Positions 60,001 through 64,000 of a DNA stretch of 64,000 nucleotides are shown one piece after another. The stretch lies in the NCBI GenBank assembly GCA_964270895.1, contig OZ185435.1; one strand, written 5' to 3'. Each line of letters starts with the position of its first letter. Position 1 is the first letter of the stretch. The notes under the pieces were generated by a model. That model searched no databases, was not told the DNA's origin, and saw nothing but the letters and a program-made list of their open reading frames with translations. The position numbers were made by a program, and so were the translations under genes. The stretch comes from Podarcis filfolensis. Taxonomy: Eukaryota.

Positions 60001-62796
60001 ACCAAGGCAATATTGTATCTTTTATCCTCTTGGGCAACATGTATAAAGATTTCTGCACTACTCATCATGGCTACTCAGAGGGAATTTAAGAGACAAATCA
60101 TATTTCAGAAGAAGAAAAATGCCTCTAAGAAACATCAAAATGTTGCACCCCACATCATCTTATGTTGCTGTTCCAATTAGGCAAGCATAAATTGCCTAAG
60201 GGTGCCTCCAGACAGTCACTATTTTGCAAGTGGGATTCAAGAGCACATCAGAAACTTAGGTCTGAGCCGTTAAATTGGATTGAAAGGCTCTGTTGCACTA
60301 GCTCAACAAATCCACTTTAAAAAAGAATCAGGCTTTCTGCGGTTTGGAAAGTCATGGGGAAACACACTGGAAGTATGGGATAAATGAATGAATAACAGAA
60401 GGGGGTATTATTATTATTATTATGCTGTGTATTTTGTGTTTTTATGTTGTAAGCTGGCCTATTGTCTTTGAATGAAGAGTAGTATATAAATTTTAAAAAT
60501 AATAGTAAACTAGGTCTGTTGGCAGACTGTGTTACAAAGATGTCTGCAAGTGTGATATGAAGGCTGGCAACATTAACCCCACCATGTGGGAACCCTTCGC
60601 AGGCAATCACAGTGTCTGGAGACAGTCAATCAGTAACGAGAGGAATGACCACTGGTATGAGCAAAGAGAGAAGAAACACCATGGTGTAACTTTAGCAGCA
60701 AAACCAGATGCCTTCTTCTGCTCCACCTGCAAGAAAACATACGTCTCCTGTATATGTCTCTGGAACCACTGTAACTCTCCAACAGCTTGACTTCACTCCA
60801 AAAGGCACACTCGTCTATTGTCTCCCAAGAAAGACGGATACCAACACAACCCTATTCAAGCATACGACTTAAGAGATGCAGGTTGTGTCCCCATTGTCAA
60901 TCGATGGAAATGGAAATGTTAGCATCCTTACATTTGTAGTAGGGTGTGTTATGAAAGAGTACTTCATCTCTGTACTAACAAAGCTATTTTACCAATACAT
61001 AGGGATAGCAAGTTAAATCTAGAAGGAGTACAGTAGAGTTTCTTCATCGTGCACTGCCTGATCATTTTGTGAGCCACATCAAAAATAAATCATAAGGAAG
61101 TAAAAATCTTGTATGCAGATATCTGTGACACTCCAGAGATAAATCTGCTCACTTCCTAGAACGACAGTTCAACTATTTATTTATATGGTCATTTGAAAGC
61201 ACTAATTATGGGAATAAATGTGTCAGTTCCATGTATGGCTAACCTAGTGTTTCATTGCCCCACCACATACTAAATTTAACCCCATAGTATCCAGCTGTGG
61301 CACAAACATCACAGTGGCAAAGGCAGAATGAGTCTATGGCACTTCTGGACTAGAAGCTGAGGATTTATAGGCCCGACTAAGGCAAAATCTGGTTGGATGG
61401 TGTTCTTGAAGCTACCAGCATGAGTTTGATCAAACTGCGGGAGGCAGTGGAAGACAGAAGTGCCTGGCGTGCTCTGGTCCATGGAGTCACGAAGAGTCGG
61501 ACACGACTAAACGACTAAACAACAACGACAAGGCAAAATCAAATGTATATTCTTGCCTGTCTCTTCAGCACTGCAATGACACCTACTCCTGAGATTAGAA
61601 GACTAGAGCGAAAGCCACTAGTAGCCTAACACACACAGGTTTGCACAGGTACTGTAATGCAATATAGAGTAGCACACTCACATATTTTGAAGATCCCTAC
61701 AAGTTGGCCACTACTAATTAATTTCTTTTTTAAAAACTGTATTCCACTTCCTTCTACATATGTCCAAGGCAGCCAACAGTAATGCAAATGAAAAACAGAA
61801 AACAAATAAACACCATATAGCTGGTCAGCAAATAAACTTAGGATTTGATCAGCCAATAGGATGACTATGTTGCTGTACTAAGCCACCCCTTAGAATGCAA
61901 CTGACTAGGCAGCATCCTGTGTTCCCAGAGAAGAATAGCCCATTTTTTTCTCCCAAGTTCCTGTATGCTTTGCCACTGGCTGCAGGGTCAGCATGGGCAG
62001 AGGCCAGAGTAAGACTGGATTGTATAGGTCAGAAGAACAGTGGATGCACTTTTCATTCTCTCCTAAAGCTCCATGCACCCCTACAGCAAATGTTAAGCAG
62101 AAGGCAAAGAGAATGATGGATAGACAAATGTTGACTACTGAAAAGCCCTCACAGGACAGAAGCCAGCCATATCAAGCATCAGTGAGCTAATGTGAAGCCT
62201 ACAGGAACCTGGCAATGTGTGTCATGGGAGAATGGAATTCAATGAGGCCTCAAGAACAAATGGAAAACATAGGACACCCCTATGATCAGATAGCAATACA
62301 AACGCACGCACACAAATCTCACTGACCAAAAAACAACAATGGAAAACTAATCTCAAATTGGGAAGCAAGGCCTAGGAAAGGCCACTGTGCCAAACAGAAA
62401 CAACAATGGAAATAGGCCTGCCATGTAAGAAGCTTCAAATCTTCTCTCAAATTACTCATATTGTCTCATAAATAAAGTGTGTCTCTTCCAAAAAGAGATA
62501 TCCAAACACAGAAGAGCGATTAGTGGTTGAAGCACAAGTGACTGCAAAGGCAGAAGGCCTGATCAGGTCAAGCAAGAAGGGCACAGAGAAGAAAAAAGAG
62601 TGGGTCAGACTGCCTTAATTGCTAAGCACCACAAACCTACATATATTCATAAAAGACACAGACCAACACCAGGAAAACTTTTTCTTTTCGTCTCACCTTG
62701 TAAAGCTGCTGTCCTTTCCTGCTCACTCCTTGTGGCAAGGCAGAAAGCCAAGAGCACAGATGGCACAGGCAGAAGAGAGAGCAATTTCACAGTCAT
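35141..62796 (-). CDS. SIGIRR: SIGIRR/IL1R8 orthologue with signal peptide and two Ig domains (DIGIRR-like), 559 aa: complement(join(35141..35334,38270..38444,42940..43090,43674..43776,45694..45837,46028..46171,48390..48520,50651..50840,52846..53193,62697..62796))
   Basis: Ten GT-AG exons totalling 1680 nt in one open frame. Has the TM-proximal [15 protein letters not shown] motifs ([35 protein letters not shown]) and the tail [28 protein letters not shown]. Syntenic with PKP3. The eight 3' exons are secure; joining of the two 5' exons is inferred. Confidence 0.88.
35434..35659. mobile_element. Tc1/mariner-type MITE, copy 1
   Basis: TIR cagtggtacctcgggtta/taacccgaggtaccactg; TA TSD on both sides. 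Confidence 0.92.
36333..36370. repeat. (GT)n microsatellite
   Basis: Read directly. Confidence 0.95.
37361..37442. repeat. Compound tetranucleotide (GGAA)n(GAAA)n polypurine tract
   Basis: Read directly. Confidence 0.97.
38270..38444 (-). CDS. SIGIRR: SIGIRR TIR box 3 and start of tail
   Basis: cttctag|GCG CCT TCA...TCT G|gtaaca; [41 protein letters not shown]. Confidence 0.96.
39079..39215. mobile_element. hAT-derived MITE (family of 8460..8595)
   Basis: TIR caggtttcctcaaactc/gagtttgaggaagcctg; TSD cagtaagc/cagtaggc (7 of 8 match). Confidence 0.88.
39640..39960 (-). mobile_element. Probable non-LTR retrotransposon ORF2 C-terminal zinc-knuckle remnant
   Basis: Translation [17 protein letters not shown] resembles the CxCG...H.L..C motif at LINE ORF2 ends. 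Confidence 0.4.
42940..43090 (-). CDS. SIGIRR: SIGIRR TIR exon
   Basis: ttttgcag|G GAA GGT...TCC ATG|gtaagt; [50 protein letters not shown]. Confidence 0.96.
43674..43776 (-). CDS. SIGIRR: SIGIRR TIR exon
   Basis: ctctttcag|AA CCT TCT...TTC AG|gtaatt; [34 protein letters not shown]. Confidence 0.96.
44905..45135. mobile_element. Tc1/mariner-type MITE, copy 2 (inverted relative to copy 1)
   Basis: Same TIRs and TA TSD; interior is the reverse complement of copy 1. Confidence 0.92.
45694..45837 (-). CDS. SIGIRR: SIGIRR TIR exon (box 1)
   Basis: ttttcacag|AT GGA AAG...TCA G|gtatag; [47 protein letters not shown]. Confidence 0.96.
46028..46171 (-). CDS. SIGIRR: SIGIRR transmembrane exon
   Basis: ctattacag|CA GAG...AAT G|gtaaat; [43 protein letters not shown]. 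Confidence 0.96.
48040..48078. repeat. (TG)n microsatellite
   Basis: Read directly. Confidence 0.95.
48390..48520 (-). CDS. SIGIRR: SIGIRR membrane-proximal Ig domain, second half
   Basis: caccccag|G TTC AAT...TCA G|gtagca; [38 protein letters not shown]. Confidence 0.93.
48791..49910 (+). mobile_element. Non-autonomous L1-type retroelement, about 1.1 kb, with 5' end, poly(A) and TSD
   Basis: G-run start, AAGATGGCCGA motif, CpG-rich 5' part, AATAAA at 49891..49896, A tail, and flanking duplication aaaaactagtaga(c/a)atttgggg (48769..48790 and 49911..49932). Confidence 0.8.
50651..50840 (-). CDS. SIGIRR: SIGIRR membrane-proximal Ig domain, first half
   Basis: ccccaacag|AT ATT TGC...CAT TG|gtaag; [31 protein letters not shown]...WMKDD. 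Confidence 0.93.
52329..52386 (+). mobile_element. 5'-truncated Sauria SINE tail
   Basis: gagatgagcgcc...caggggtccctttaccttt, like the 3' end of the copy at 54516. Confidence 0.7.
52846..53193 (-). CDS. SIGIRR: SIGIRR extra N-terminal Ig-domain exon
   Basis: ctttatttag|AA TTC...ATG GCA G|gtgagt; open phase 1-1 exon with LFCP...IQWSKNC...LTF...DAGNYTC Ig motifs and 8 N-glycosylation sequons. Confidence 0.88.
54516..54902 (+). mobile_element. Full-length Sauria SINE
   Basis: gggaacaggtggcgctgtggtctaaaccac head, (accttt)-type tail, perfect 13-bp TSD taaatatgcaact (54503..54515 and 54903..54915). Confidence 0.92.
55996..56292 (+). mobile_element. RTE-clade LINE 3' end
   Basis: Frameshifted [20 protein letters not shown]...EKRAKRK...QCPHCG...SRIGLDSHL, the RTE ORF C-terminus. 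Confidence 0.8.
56989..57214. mobile_element. Tc1/mariner-type MITE, copy 3 (same orientation as copy 2)
   Basis: Same TIRs and TA TSD; interior near-identical to copy 2. Confidence 0.92.
57856..58108. mobile_element. Complete hAT MITE
   Basis: TIR caggggtaggcaaact/agtttgctgactcctg; imperfect TSD (actctact/actctaac). Confidence 0.88.
60570..60850 (+). mobile_element. RTE-clade LINE 3' end, different subfamily
   Basis: [18 protein letters not shown]...FFCSTCKK matches the RTE ORF C-terminus pattern. Confidence 0.7.
61390..61529 (+). mobile_element. 5'-truncated BovB (RTE) LINE
   Basis: cctggcgtgctctggtccatggagtcacgaagagtcggacacgactaaacgactaaacaacaac BovB end; 11-bp TSD aaggcaaaatc (61379..61389 and 61530..61540). 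Confidence 0.92.
62697..62796 (-). CDS. SIGIRR: SIGIRR putative first coding exon, signal peptide (whole exon 62697..62820)
   Basis: Acceptor ttttccattttgtag|, in-frame TAA 9 nt before the ATG (A at -3), [33 protein letters not shown], donor CAAG|gtgaga in phase 1 matching the next exon. Confidence 0.75.
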
Positions 62797-63772
62797 TTTA
62801 GCTTATTCACAAGCAGCATCCTACAAAATGGAAAAGCACAGGGGAAATAATTACCTTTATGGACTTCCCTCTTTGAGATTCAGGCAGCCACCTTCAAATC
62901 CTGAGACTCCTTGTGTGTCCTTGCTGTGCACTCCCTGATCGTAGCCATGTTAATCACATGACTGGCCAACAGACTGGCTTTGCCAGTTAAGTATCTCCCT
63001 CTGCTTTTTTTTTTTGTTGTTCATTCCATGTCCTCCTTAAATGACTTGTTCTATTCTCCACCCCCAATCACAATCTTCCAGGCTTGCACTCGGGACAGCC
63101 AGTTCCTCCCACCTGCTATCATTGCTCCACCCACCTTTCCACCTGCATACAAGGAGAAAATGAAACCTGGACTCTTAAAATCAACAAACCCACCCAGCGT
63201 GTTGGCAGCAAAACAGCCGACCAAGAGTTTGCTCAGTAAAGAGCCAGGAGGCAGGTTGCTCAAAAGCTCTGCAGCTGTGAGGATTGCCGCTCTGTGGCAC
63301 TAAGCCAGCCGGTTATCCTGGATCCTGGCAAAGAATGCTGTGGACTATAAACAAGAAAATGCCCCAAGGAGTAAACAAGAACCCCCCTAAGGAGTAAACA
63401 AGGAAAATACACCAAGGAGGCCTGCTTTCATGCAAAGGGAAAATGTTAGATCTCAAGACAAGACCAAACCTGACAGCTACACCATGTGTGTAAGTTCTGT
63501 TACTGAACTGAAAAACAATACTAGTAGAGCTGAATTCTCTTTTTTAATCTGTAAAAGATGTGCTGCTGTTTTCTTTTTAAATGTAGCATAAAATACATAC
63601 TCAGGGCTACTCATAATTCTGATCATGAAGTGCAGCTGATATACAGTTCAGTTGTGAAAGAAAATGCATAAAAAGGAACAACTCTCCAATTACAGAGAAG
63701 CTTTCAGAAACCTAAACATGAAACATGGAATAACCACACTAGGCTCCCCAAAGTTGTATTCAGAATCATTAC

Positions 63773-63822
63773 CTGATCAAAGCTGCTGTCCCATATAAGC
63801 AAGTAATCCTTAACCACAGTAA
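63773..63822 (-). other. Possible non-coding 5' UTR exon of SIGIRR
   Basis: 50-nt segment between ccattcatatag| and TCAG|gtaatg, about 1 kb upstream of the signal-peptide exon. Splice motifs only. Confidence 0.3.
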
Positions 63823-64000
63823 CTATATGAATGGCAGGCAAGTTTTTAGTATGTAACAGTAAGAGGTACCTGATCTATGTCAAGTAACTTCCAAAAGAGA
63901 CAAAAATGGCTTAATACATTTTCCAAGAACAGAAAATGCAAATGACAAATCCATACAATGGTGGTAACAATATAATACTAAACTAAATAGCTGACACATT

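Noticed and set aside
56300-64000. 3' exons of ANO9 (next gene in human synteny)
   Set aside because: No anoctamin-like translation was recognised.

Overview
Vertebrate genomic DNA from a squamate reptile, probably a lacertid lizard (inferred from Sauria SINE, BovB and lizard-type hAT/mariner MITEs). Two convergent multi-exon genes. PKP3 (plakophilin-3) is on the + strand, coding exons 2-13 at 11829..28310; exon 1 was not found and probably lies upstream. SIGIRR/IL1R8 is on the - strand at 35141..62796. All exon boundaries were read by hand, are GT-AG and are phase-consistent. Main finding: this SIGIRR is apparently not single-Ig. A 348-nt phase 1-1 exon (52846..53193) encodes an extra IL-1R-type Ig domain, and a further exon (62697..62820) encodes a signal peptide. 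Together they give a 559-aa signal-Ig-Ig-TM-TIR protein, the DIGIRR layout known from teleost fish. The extra Ig exon ends in ATG GCA G|gt, at the position where mammalian SIGIRR starts. Introns also hold a young 1.1-kb non-coding L1-type retroelement with a target-site duplication and many SINE, LINE and MITE remnants. No database search was run; family names and human comparisons are from memory.
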